Origin: Amoebidium appalachense
Lineage: Eukaryota; Protista; Ichthyosporea
Length of the DNA stretch: 64,000 nt
Reading direction: 5' to 3'
Assembly (NCBI GenBank): GCA_963693365.1
Contig: CAVNZM010000011.1
Coordinates: 4,100,639-4,164,638 of the forward strand
In this document: positions 1 through 21,225 of the stretch, piece after piece
How the letters are laid out: each line of letters starts with the position of its first letter
How positions within the stretch are numbered: the first letter of the stretch is position 1
Position numbers and translations under genes: made by a program
Notes under the pieces: generated by a model
What the model was told of the DNA's origin: nothing
Database searches by the model: none
What the model saw: only the letters and a program-made list of their open reading frames with translations

Positions 1-49
1 GGAAGGATGAGTAGGGAGGGGCCGGGGAAGAAGGGGGTGGTGCGAAAGG

Positions 50-83
<34 letters not shown>

Positions 84-190
84 GGGGGAGGTGGGGAAGT
101 GACAGACTGGGAGAGATAGAGCCGAGCCGGGGGGGGAGGGGGCGGGGGGGGGGGGGGGGGGTGAGGGGAGGGGGAGGGGCTAGCACCAAC

Positions 191-462
191 CTGGTCAGTG
201 ATATCATAAACCAAAATAGCACCGTTGCTCTCCCGATAATGAGATGGGGCCCAGGGCGTGAAATCTTTCCTGCCCTGCCGTGTCCCAGATGTTGAGTGTT
301 ATCCTCTTGCGATCAATGGTGATCTTCTTGGTGAGAAACGACGCCTGCAGGGGGAAGGGGGGGAGGGGGGGGGGGGGGGGGATGGATGATGGTTAATAAT
401 TGCATCTGAGGATGGGGAAGAAGGGGCGGGGTGGGATGGGGGACGAGGGTGGGGCTGGGCGG

Positions 463-493
<31 letters not shown>

Positions 494-1115
494 GGGGGGG
501 GGGGGGGGTGGGGGGGGGCATGCATGTGAGGACGGGAAAGCAGGGGGGGAGGGGGAGGGGGGGGGGGGGGGGGGGGGGGGGGGACTGGCAAATAAATCCC
601 CCCAAAAACGGCAAAAAAACAGAAAGAAAACCAAAGACACACATACAAGAGCCGGTAAGCACCATGACACTGTCTATGATCAGTGTCCCTTACCTTTGCA
701 CCTCTATCCCCCCCCTGTACCCTTTTTTTTCTTGGGGGAAGGGGGAGGAAGGAGGGGGGGAGAAGGGGGAGGGGAGGCTTGTGTGTGTGTGTGTGTGCGC
801 GCGTGTGCGCTCGCGTGCGTGTGTGCATGTGCGTGCATGCGTGCCTGTCTGCGCGTGCGCGTGCGGGTGTGCGTATATGTGTGTGTGTGTGCGCGCGCCT
901 GTGCGTGTGTGTGTGTGTGTGCGTGCGTGCGTGTGTGTGCGTGTGTATGTGTGTGTGTGTGTGTGTTGGAAAAGGTTGGGGGGGGGGGGGGGGGGGGGGC
1001 TAATCCATAGGGAGACGAGGAGGAGGTTGGGAAGGGGAGGGGGAGTGTGTGTGTGTGTGCGCGCGCATGTGCGTGTGCGTGTGTGTCTGCGTGTGTGTGT
1101 GTGTGTGTTTGTGTG

Positions 1116-1167
<52 letters not shown>

Positions 1168-1406
1168 CGTGTGTGTGTGTGTCTGTATATTTTGCGCTCA
1201 CACCTTCGAAAGTGATCATGTATGCACGTGTGGGTACAAGGCACGCTGCAAACAACCCAGAAGCATCAACCCAACCCGCCACGCACCTGCACTGTCGTTA
1301 TGTGTTTGTCGTTGAAAGTGTTTTGGCAGTAGCGCAGCACTATGCTGGTCTTGCCCACACACCCTTCCCCCAGAAGCACTATCTTAAACTGGTGCGAGTC
1401 AGCCAT
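191..1406 (-). CDS. RAB21: Rab21 small GTPase, first two coding exons (1287-1406, 191-344); gene continues beyond window start
   Basis: Exon 1 [40 protein letters not shown]; exon 2 [60 protein letters not shown] and FHALGPIYYR are Rab21 signatures. GT-AG boundaries. One extra base at 241 must be removed to keep frame. Confidence 0.92.
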
Positions 1407-2303
1407 GTTGTGTGATGCACCCGTGCAGCAACCTGAACTGCACAAATGGAAGAAAGCAAAACTGAAACCGGAAGTCCAAAACAAGGCACCAACTTGGGAG
1501 CGGTTTTAATGTGGTGTGAAAGGCTTGCACCAAAGATTTTAAACGGGCGCAATTTTAATCCCGCCTTTCAGAAGACGAAGCACCAACCGACAGTCAATCG
1601 TTCAACTTGAGCTAGATTACATGTATACTGTTTTTCCTAGACACGTACTATGAAATATTTATATAGCCGGGAAAGACACTGTACTGAAAGAAAACTATTT
1701 ACAACTCTGAATATGACAAATTCCTTCGAATTCAATCCTTGAAATTCACTGCTTCGAATCATTGTAAATTTCCCTGCACAGGCACAAAAAAAAAACGAAA
1801 ACCCTCCGTTTTGTGCGAACAGGGGGGAGTACACAATAGTATGTGTACGTCACTGATGTAACTGATCTATAGACTTTTAAAGTCTTTCTTCGTTTACAAA
1901 TTATAACTCATAGCTGCAGAGTGCTTTTAACGTTTTAAACAGTGAGATGTCACTATGACTGTTGCCGTAAAGGCGCACAATGGGATTGGCGCGTTCAGCA
2001 AGTTCAGCTGGCTTACGTCATCTGTGTGTGTCTATGTACATGTGTGCGCAAAACGATGTTTTCTCTTGTCTGAAGTGGAATTGAAAAATGGACCGCTTGA
2101 TCTCTCCACGACCAATGCGGGGTGACAAGTAATGCTCGATGGGCATATGCGTTCTCCGGTGCCCGTTTAATCAATAGCAGTTGGACAGAATCGTTGGACA
2201 TAAGGGACATACGTGCATGACCACATGGCTGCTGATGGTGAAGTTACGCAGGCCATTTGCGAGACCCGGGGGGTTGGGGTTTGGGGGTTTGAGGGTGGGG
2301 AGG

Positions 2304-2366
<63 letters not shown>

Positions 2367-2628
2367 AGTTGGTTCAGGGGAAGGGGGTGGGGGGAAGACT
2401 GGGGTCTGCAGGTCGGCTGCAAGAATGTTTTTCGTTCTGGTCTTTATGTTGAACTAAAGAGTAAGTATAGCCTCCTTACGGCAATGTCAACAGTTGCAAT
2501 TGTGCACATGTACATGCGAGGTGATCCCATCTTCCATTAGGTCGCGATGAGCATCAGGAGGATCCGGGAGAGTGGGAAGAATTCAGTACTATATCTGGCG
2601 TCACAACCACATGCATGCGCACAGCTCT

Positions 2629-2662
<34 letters not shown>

Positions 2663-2851
2663 CCTTCTCGAGCCTCCGCTCGCCCGCATGGAGTAATTAC
2701 GTCGATCGATATATATCTAGCCCAGATTTTTGACCTGAATCCCGAGTATGGCGGATCACCCTTTTCTTGCTGCCTAGTGATCATGATATCGTTTTTTCTT
2801 TCTTTCTTTCTCTTTTTTTTTTTTGTGGTGATGGTGGTGGTGGTGGTGAGG

Positions 2852-2885
<34 letters not shown>

Positions 2886-3571
2886 GGGGGAGGAGGGACA
2901 GTTGCATTCTCCCCAAGCATGGCAATTGCAACGTAAGGTTTGTTTTACTATGCTAAATGCACTGCGTCTTCTAAATTCTTTATGTACACTTTATACCCAC
3001 CTTGCACTCCGGTGGGCGCTCCGGTGGGAAAGACCAAAATGGAACTAGAACCACTTCTGCTGATGTCGATCGGTAAAAAAATAAAAGACAAGAGATATTG
3101 CGATTACAAACGCCTAAATTGCTGCAAAACTTTCACATTAAACTACACTTCTCTTTGTAGATGGGCACCAAAATCAATGAATCGAGCACTGTCATGTCTG
3201 TCACATGAGCACTCTGGCAGATACGCACATACACGCCCTTTGCGCGCTACACAAACATCGAACACAACCACGAACACCAAGTAAACCGCAAAAACACACC
3301 GTGCAGCCGCAAAATGACCATGGTCAGGCATGCTCAAAAATCAAATTTGCGATGCAATAATACGCGTAAGATAGGTTCCACTTGCTGGCAGCTAGCTCTC
3401 GTAAACTCGAAAAAGCCAAAATAACGGGTTTCCGGTTGATTGCAAATGGAAATTTTTAACGCAAAATTGATGTTGCGAACAAAACTAAATGAGAAGAACT
3501 AAACTTGCGGATATGGCAGAAGGGCGCTACAATGAACCAATCAGGTCCGTGCAGGCATGACCTGGAGCTAA

Positions 3572-11230
<7,659 letters not shown>

Positions 11231-13429
11231 GGTCTGCACGCAGTACTGAATTAGTAAGCAAACCACCACTACACACACTATCATGCGCATGCGGCAACTG
11301 GTCACACATGCCGTCCACACGTCTTGCACAGTTTTGCTGACGACCGGAGACGCACACTGACTGCTTGCACTGATGTGCATACAGTACCAGTATGTATAGC
11401 CGCATACACACCCAGGTGCGTATAAGGCAGTATTTTCAAGCTGAGCGTTGGAATACCATAACAAGATCGGGCAGCCCTAAGGCCCCATCTTATATGCCAT
11501 TGAAGTGCATTCCAAATCATGCTGTGTATATGAAGAGCAGAGCCCACTTCCACACAGTCATTCACACAAACCTCTGGAGTGACCAACGATTCAGCAACGA
11601 GCAAGCAAGGAACTATGTACTTAGATGCCACCCACACATCCTGACATGAAGCCTGATTCTCACAAGGACTGCTGTGTGTAGCGCTGCAGCAAAGTAAAAA
11701 GGTTGGTGATGTGTTGCACTATAGGGAAGATCGAGAAACCTGGGGGACAAAAAAATAAGAACTACAACCTGATGTGGTGGGGAAAAAGCGCGCGGTTTTC
11801 AGAGCGATAAAAAAATTGCGAAAAGTGATGATCGTGAGAGGGAATAGGCTGGGAGACTTACTACTGTGTTGTAATCGCAACGGGTACTACTGCAGCTTGT
11901 TTCGCTTCAGATTCAAAAACACAATAGAGGTTAGGCTGAAAAATAATGACTGGGAAAAACCAAAATATTTAATACAGTTATTGCTGTTGTTTTTGTCGTT
12001 GCTGCTGTTGTTATTTTGTAACAACGTCCTACTTAAGCACACGCTGTTCTTTTTTTTTTCAGTTTGAACAGACGTCCGTTCTGAGTTTTGCAGGTGAGGA
12101 CGATTGTTGAGAATTGTTTCCCAACCCAAGACAGTATAACAGCACGAAAGGTATATAAGTTAAGCAGGTATGGTTGGATATAGTTAGTTAAGTGTTTGTT
12201 TAAGTTTTCTTTCTTCTCTATTTCTCTCGTTACATAAAACTACAGAGGCGACGCAGCCACTGACGCAGCTTTTCTTGCTAGCAAGTAGACGTCGACTGGC
12301 CGCTGCGAGCACGGGCAAAAAGCTTATATTAAGGGTTAGATCTCAAGAGCAACCAATCACACTTGAGATCCGATCATTCACTCAAATCGGAAATTATTGG
12401 GCTCTTCGTAATTTTCAAGTCAACATGCGGTAATTACGTGTTTGTAAGGGGTCAGGTCAGTTGCCCTTCAAGTAAGACTATATACTTCATGCAGACAGGC
12501 CGGACTGTGCTACCTAAAATTTCCTATATAATTACTACGAGAGCAAAAGTCTGTAAATTGTTTTTTGTCAATCATAACTCTAGACGACTACATTATCCTC
12601 CAATGTCAAAATTGAATCCCGTTATTTGTTTTACAGTGTTTTGTCTAAGGAGCTGAAATTTGGAGGCTGGTTCGCGTTTAGCCAATAGTGTCAGATTCTC
12701 GCACTTCTTTTTGATTGGTTTGATTTCACGAATCACAAATGGAGGCGCCAAAACGTGGTTGGGCAGCCAATCATGCGCAGGCATCAATCAGGGTAGGCAT
12801 TATTAGGCAACCTTCCATATTTTCCGTGAAGGCTGAAGTTTGGTTGTTGGTGCAGTCTCTTTCACATTATCATACATCCATATCTCTGCTAAACATTCCA
12901 AAAATTATTAGTGCAGTATTGAAATGGAGAGAAAATGGCAAGCTTATTTTCAATGTATGCACAGAAAAGGCGCGCAACTTAGTGTAGACTTGAATAGTTT
13001 TCGTAGCCCCGTCAAGTTGTTTTCCAGTGCTCGTTGAACGTTTGTAGGCCCTGGGCAGTGACGTTGACTCCTGACTCCGGGAGTCACTTCCTGCTTGTTA
13101 GATTGACTACAAGGAAATCTTCTTTTTTTAGCACTGCTAAGAACAATCATTTTGTGTTCAAGTTTTTGGTCCCCGACGCCGAAAAACATGATACTTAGGA
13201 GTAATTATTATGGCTCACCTTGCGGTTTGTCACTCCTGATTGCCACATATAATTACGGCGATCAATTTCTCAGATCTTATCGCCAAGTAAAACTTTCCAC
13301 TCACTGTGGCTTTCCATGCCTTCTCTTGCCTTCGTGGGACGGGGCATCAACTCGATTCGCCGACGCGGCTAGACGCTGGGCAAATTGTACCGTGTACTGT
13401 AATACGCAGCAAGTGTAGTGCCCTCTCAC

Positions 13430-15135
<1,706 letters not shown>

Positions 15136-15543
15136 TTTCCCACTGCCTTTCGTTTTTTCTTTCTTTTGTGTGTGTGAGCGTGTGGGCAGGCGCGTGCAGG
15201 TCTGCCTGTGTGTGTGGGATGTGATTCTGTACATGGAGGGCTACTGTGCCGAAGGTGCCACGGTTTGTTTCGGTGCACGTGAAGTGCTACCTCAATGCAT
15301 GTTATCCATTACAATGTCATGATACATTCATTGTTTACGGAGACCATGTCATCCATGTGTGCCGTCACGATCGAGCATGTGTATTTTCGAACAATTTCGA
15401 GTATTTCTAGAGCATTTTCGAATCCACTGACAAGGGGCGTGGGATCTACAAGCAGAGCTGGGTTAGGGTTGCGAATGGTGGCATGGCATTGCATGGTGGT
15501 GTGTTTCTTCGCGGTGGTGGTGGTGGTGGTTGGGGGGGGGGAG

Positions 15544-15583
<40 letters not shown>

Positions 15584-15694
15584 TGGGAAGACAGTCAAAA
15601 TTTGGCTGTGGCGGAGATGATGGTCGGAGGCTGGAGGAAGGGTGGGCCGAAAGGAGGAGGAGGGAGAAGGAGGAGAAGGGGGGGGGGGGGAGAA

Positions 15695-15729
<35 letters not shown>

Positions 15730-15885
15730 TGTTGTTTCACGGAGTGCAAAGTACACATTCACGACAACACAAATACTATGAAAGCACACAGAGTTTGTAA
15801 GATTATGCATGGTAGGCCGAGCCATCCTCAAGGCCGGGGCCGGCGCCCAAGTCATCCACATTCCCGGGTTTCGACGATCACCTTC

Positions 15886-15928
<43 letters not shown>

Positions 15929-16590
15929 CTGAAGGGTGGATACATCCTCCCCCTCCCTCCCCCCCCCTTTTTTTCCCGGGGCGGGGGGGGGGGGGGGGGG
16001 GAGGGGGGGGGGGGGGGGAGGATTGTGGCATGATTGATACTCACACAGCCGAAAATCCCCAAGCTTTATAACCTTCGCGGTCATGGTACCGCGGTGCCCT
16101 TTCCGACACAAAGTTTACCGAAAAAGCAACTTACAATGTGGATGCTTAAACTATGTTTCGTTTAGCAATACCGTAGCTGTAGTCTACTAGTTTCACCGTA
16201 CTGTAACAAATTGACAGTGTGAACTGAAGATACAGTGTGATATCTATGATGGTTGGGCCCGGACCCGGGTACTTTTCACAACTTTTAAATTACAGAGGGT
16301 TGCTATCACTGTTTAGTTATCAAATGAAGTCTACTTGTAGCCCCTACAAATAAGAAAAGTGTTTCAATTTTAAAACCTCACCCGGCCCTCTGAGAAACGG
16401 ACTCAAAACACAAAAACTTTGCCAGAAGAGAAAAATGCATGATTCGAATAAAACCGGGTCTCTAGGCCTACAAAATCCCGGATATGGACCCAAGGTTTAA
16501 CACAGAAAAATCCTATACTTAGTTGCAGTGATAGTTATTATCACAGAGGCCACTAACAGCAATATCTCGAGGGGCTGCCACACTGCAGTG

Positions 16591-18619
16591 TTATTCCTCA
16601 GTGTTTCCGCCCGCCATATCCATACCGATGAGGTCTTTGGGGACCATACCCCGGCCCGGCACAACAGTAGGCGGGCGTGCAAGGGCGAGAGGTGTATCCT
16701 TTTGTTTTGCATCTCCTTCAACCTCCATCTCTAGGATCTGTGCTGTTATTTTCACATTGAACAATACTATTGCACGGAACACTAGCGAAGACGGATAATC
16801 ACAGCAAAATTCCACATTGCACGGTTTTTTCGTGTATAAGACCCCACGGTAACAGCTTAGACAGCTGCCTAAATTGTTCTTTTTTGTGACGATCATAAAG
16901 ACATGAAATCTCGCTGCATGTCGCGGGGGTTTGTTTGCTCGGCTGAGAAGGCCTATGGTGTTTTTTACAGCAAAATTTCTTCGTGCAGGGATATATCTGG
17001 CTCCCGCGCACACACTGATACATATCTCCATCCCCGCCGCGGTTGTAATCATCGCAACGTACCCGTTCCGAGCAATTTTCCGGCGTCGTAAATTTGCAGC
17101 AATATTTGGTCGTGCATTCAAGTTGAGCCCCGCACAGTAAAATTCCTCCCCGTCTTCGTCTTTTTTGTATCGTGCACACGCAACATCTTCGCTGCACGGT
17201 GTCTCTTCTTCCTCTTCCGTTTCCGTAGAAGAACCATATGACGCAGATGGGGGTGGGGGTGGGGGAGTGTACGAATCTAATGGTGGGGGCGGGGGGGGTG
17301 TATGAACTTGGCGATGGCGATGGGGGTGAAGGTGGAGAAAGGGTGAATAGTAGTAATGGGATTTGGGTTTCTTTATCGCGTAGATGGGTAGTACTGGTGG
17401 TGGGGGGAGGGGGCCGCCCGTAACCAAATGGGGGTGGTGGTGGCGGTATGTAGGAAGATGGTGGCGGTGGGGGGGAATCATATTTGGGAGGTGGTGGGGG
17501 TGGTGGTGTCGGTTGGTAGTGGGATGGTGCGGGTGCAGTCGAGGGGCAGGCACGTACCCCGATGTGGGGCGGCAACAATATTGCTGAGTGCATGTGTTTG
17601 CCGGTGGTTGACCATAGGTTGAGGTGATTTTAACACTTTTAATCTCGGCTCCGGATTGGTCCTTATTGTATCCGGTTGCACACACCACCCCCTGCTGGCT
17701 GCACCCGGCCAGAAAATTTGGTTGAGGGTTGGTTCCTGCGGTACACCACGTGATAGTGTTACAAAAATCAACGGACGATGGTGATTGGTTGCACGCATTA
17801 CCCGATATGGCAACCGGTCTGTCGGCGGTACACACAACTTCGGCCTGCGCATGTGACGTCAGGTTGTGCACAACACAAATCCACCGTGCACTCATCCACA
17901 TTGCCTGGGTTGATGACACACGTACGGTTTAGCACTTTCGGCTTGTCGGCGCGGCACATAATATACGACTCAGGGGACCCACACGGAAAAGGAATAGCCG
18001 CAAACGGGGCTTCGCAACAAAAGGACACGGTACACACGTCTTGTGCGCCTGGGTTGTTGACCGTGCATGATCTCTCCGACGCAAATACTGGAAGGGTGGG
18101 TGGGCACGTGATTTTTGCAGCCGCACACGTGGTGGTCTGAGGGGAAGGGGTGGGGTTCACACAACAGTAGAGGGGTGTGCACAGGTTGGGCGAGCCTGTT
18201 TTCATCGTGCAGTTTTTGGAAGGAGAAACCTGAGGGAGGGTAGGTGGACAAGTGATAGTGGCGGTGAGGGAGGCGCACGGAATGGATGTCGGGTCGTCAA
18301 TGCAGCACGTGGTAGGGCTGCACGTGTTTGGTGTATGGAGGAAGGTACCAGAGTGCATGGTTTATCCAAACATAGAAATGAAGGAAGCGGGCATATGATG
18401 TTTAGGCTGTTGTCGTTACATTTTAGGGATGTGGGCGTGCAACAGGTGAGCTGGGAGCAGAAATTTGGGCAAGAAGAAACTGTGTCTTCGCATTGTGTTG
18501 TTGTAGAGAGGACATAGTTCGTGGGACATTTTACGGTTGAGGACTCATAGGCCGTGCTGCAAGCCTGTGCCTATGTGTGCTAAAGAAAACAGGATGGCTG
18601 CAGCACATATTGGCCACAT
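16591..18619 (-). pseudogene. Intronless secreted Cys-repeat / extensin-like Pro-Tyr-rich protein, about 7 frame breaks
   Basis: ATG at 18619 gives signal-like MWPICAAAILFSLAH. Repeated modules end in C-x4-CC (CSQLTCC, CSPTTCC, CTPLYCC, CTVSFCC, CTVDLCC, CTQQYCC, CTTKYCC, CTKKFCC, CNVEFCC). Central [30 protein letters not shown] region. The protein-like reading jumps between frames several times. Confidence 0.75.
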
Positions 18620-19199
18620 TCTCAGCAGCAAAAGTCAATCATGTACATGTGTGCACTCATCAATAGGAAAAAAGTCGAATTCGAAGTGTGCACATGTGTG
18701 TTGTGGCTCGAGATAGCGAATGCCGTGCAACCGTCCAATTGTTTTCAAACCCTAATTGTTGGGAGTGTTCACCAATCAGATGTTGCAATAGATTCCCGTA
18801 AGAACAAATAGATCAGCAAATAGATCCATGTAAGATCCGGGTTGAATTGGCTTCCGGGCCGGCGCGGCCGCACCTGAGGGAACTCCACTCCAGCCAGTTT
18901 TTCGAAAAGTTTTTCGAACGTCCAGCCTGTGTACCGATTACACAAAGGCTATGCCTACGGCATGAAGGACAGTTAGAGAATATTGTACAGTGGCATGATG
19001 CCCGATGATGTACGTAGCATGAATGCATGCATATATATGAACGTGCACGCTGCATTGTAGCAAAACAGTATCCTTCAAGTGTTGTTTGTGTTTGTGTTGA
19101 ACCTCCGACAATTCAGCGGCTACTTATGAACATGGGGTTACACGTGTTCAGCCGAAAGTCCCGTCGACGTGTGTGATGCACTGGCCTGCACGATGTGAC

Positions 19200-20075
19200 A
19201 ACTTGGCATGCGAACAGCAGCGCGGCAGCCTGTTAACGTTTCTACTACTACAAACTGTGACAGGGTATATAATAGTCCGAGTCGGGCGTTATATCCATCT
19301 GGCGTATTGTCGGCAAGTATCCGAGTCCATCTCGCAAATCGTGTGGTCGGACGGGCTCCCCATTGCACTTCTGCAAGCCCTCATGCCGGGCCCGCCCCCA
19401 GACTAGGATGCTGCATGCCGGTCTCCCATCCCTGTTTTGGCTGTCATTTTGGGTGCCGTATTTCGGTGGTTCTTGTGTATTGGTTTGGTCCTTACTGCCT
19501 GGGGGGACACTGTAGTAAACCCCATTCAGAAGGACAAGCTCAGGGGTACTATTGGTGAGTTTCGGCCCATTACTCTCACCCAAATTGTCATATCACGACG
19601 TCAGTAGCGTCTTTGAAAAAAATATTATCGGGGGAAACACGTTCTTTAATGGCTAAGGCGCGCAAAGGGCGGCGGTGGGTGGAATTCAAATGAAGCAGGT
19701 GGCTAGATGGCCAGGGTTGGTTGATAGTTTGCGTGCGGCGGTGCCTCATGTACTCACGGTTGTCCGGCCGGTGTATGGTGCTCTACGCGGCGGGAACTGG
19801 CGTAGCTTTGTGCGGTTAACGGGTCGGCAGCTGCGCATTATCGGTAAAACCATGGGTATAATAGGTCGGCTTCCCCGCACGGAAATCTGGCCTGAGCCTA
19901 TCACGGCCACTCTCATCACAGATGCTGCCACCTCACATGGGTGGGAGGCAGTACTACAGTTGGGGCTACCAACCACGCAGGTTGTGAAGGCTTTCGGTCG
20001 TTGGGCGGAGAGCGATGCACCGGCCGGACAACCGTGAGTACATGAGGCACCGCCGCACGCAAACTAACAACCAAC
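19200..20075 (+). mobile_element. Degenerate DIRS-like (tyrosine-recombinase retrotransposon) RT/RNase H remnant with an internal inverted duplication
   Basis: ORF 19675-20037 contains VARWPGLVDSLRAAVPHVLTVVRPVYGAL and LITDAATSHGWEAVL...FGRW, resembling the DIRS RNase H TDAS..GWGA..G.W motif. SPLHFCK upstream resembles the RT SPxxFxK motif. 58-bp inverted arms at 19716-19773 and 20018-20075. Confidence 0.6.
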
Positions 20076-20089
20076 ACCCACACATGCAC

Positions 20090-20124
<35 letters not shown>

Positions 20125-20497
20125 CACGTACACAAACACACGCCCACGCATGAAGGGTAGTGGAGGGGGAGGATAGGGTAGAGGGGTTTTCTTCGTGCGG
20201 TGTGTTCATTTAGATTTTGTTCGTAGAGAGGCAGTGCATGCCATGGTTTGTGTACGTTTCTGATGATCGTGCCCGGGGGGCACTTGGCTGAGCCAAGCCA
20301 ATAAGCAAATCGAAAGCAACAACACATCTAAATAACCCTGTCTGTATCTGGATGCAATCGCAGTCTGTCGCAGTCGACGTTGCCGTGTGACGTTCTCGGT
20401 TGAAGTGTGCACGTACAAGCACGTACACGCTGGCCATGGCTTCGCCTTTCATCCAAATTAACCGCAGGCGTGCTTTCGAGGGGAGAAGAAGAAGGGC

Positions 20498-20532
<35 letters not shown>

Positions 20533-21085
20533 CTCAGATGTAAGGGGCCACAAAAAGTTGTGTGGTCGTCCACTGTGGCGGTGGTGGGTGGCTGTGGTGA
20601 GGAGGGGGGGGGGGGTCCCCCAGCAACCGAGTTTCGACACATTATTCGTGCGCAACACACAACATGTACACACAACTCGGTGCTTCACTTGAACTTGAAT
20701 GTTTGGGTCATTATTGTGGAGATGTGTGGTGTCACTAAGTGTGTATGCGTGGTGGTGGTGGTTTTGAGGGGAAGGGGGAGGATTAAATGAGCCATGATGA
20801 AGTGCAAAGTTACAGTAACCAACGGACAACACGATGTTATAGTGCAAACCACGGTGTGCGCGTGTGTATTTGGGGGGGGGGGGGGGGGGGGGGTGGCAGA
20901 GGAAGAGAAAGGAGTGCCACCATTCCGTTCCTTTCACCTTCTCAACGAAACCCAACATGGATACTGCTTCACTTGAACATGGGTGGGTGCCACTGGGTTG
21001 GCTGTGGTGGTGGTGGTGTGTCGTGTGTTTGTTGATAGTGTGCGTGCGGGCGGGCGGGCGGGCGCAGGACGGGGGAAAGGGGAGG

Positions 21086-21127
<42 letters not shown>

Positions 21128-21225
21128 GGGAGCGCTCCATCTCTATTTGAAACATAAAGAGACATGAAGCAATGAACACCGTGATACCGAGACACACAGC
21201 CACGTGCACACTGTGCCGTGGACCT

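Noticed and set aside
16066-16500. piggyBac-like MITE ends (ACCTT…AAGGT/TTAA)
   Set aside because: The inverted match is too short and the left TTAA is absent.
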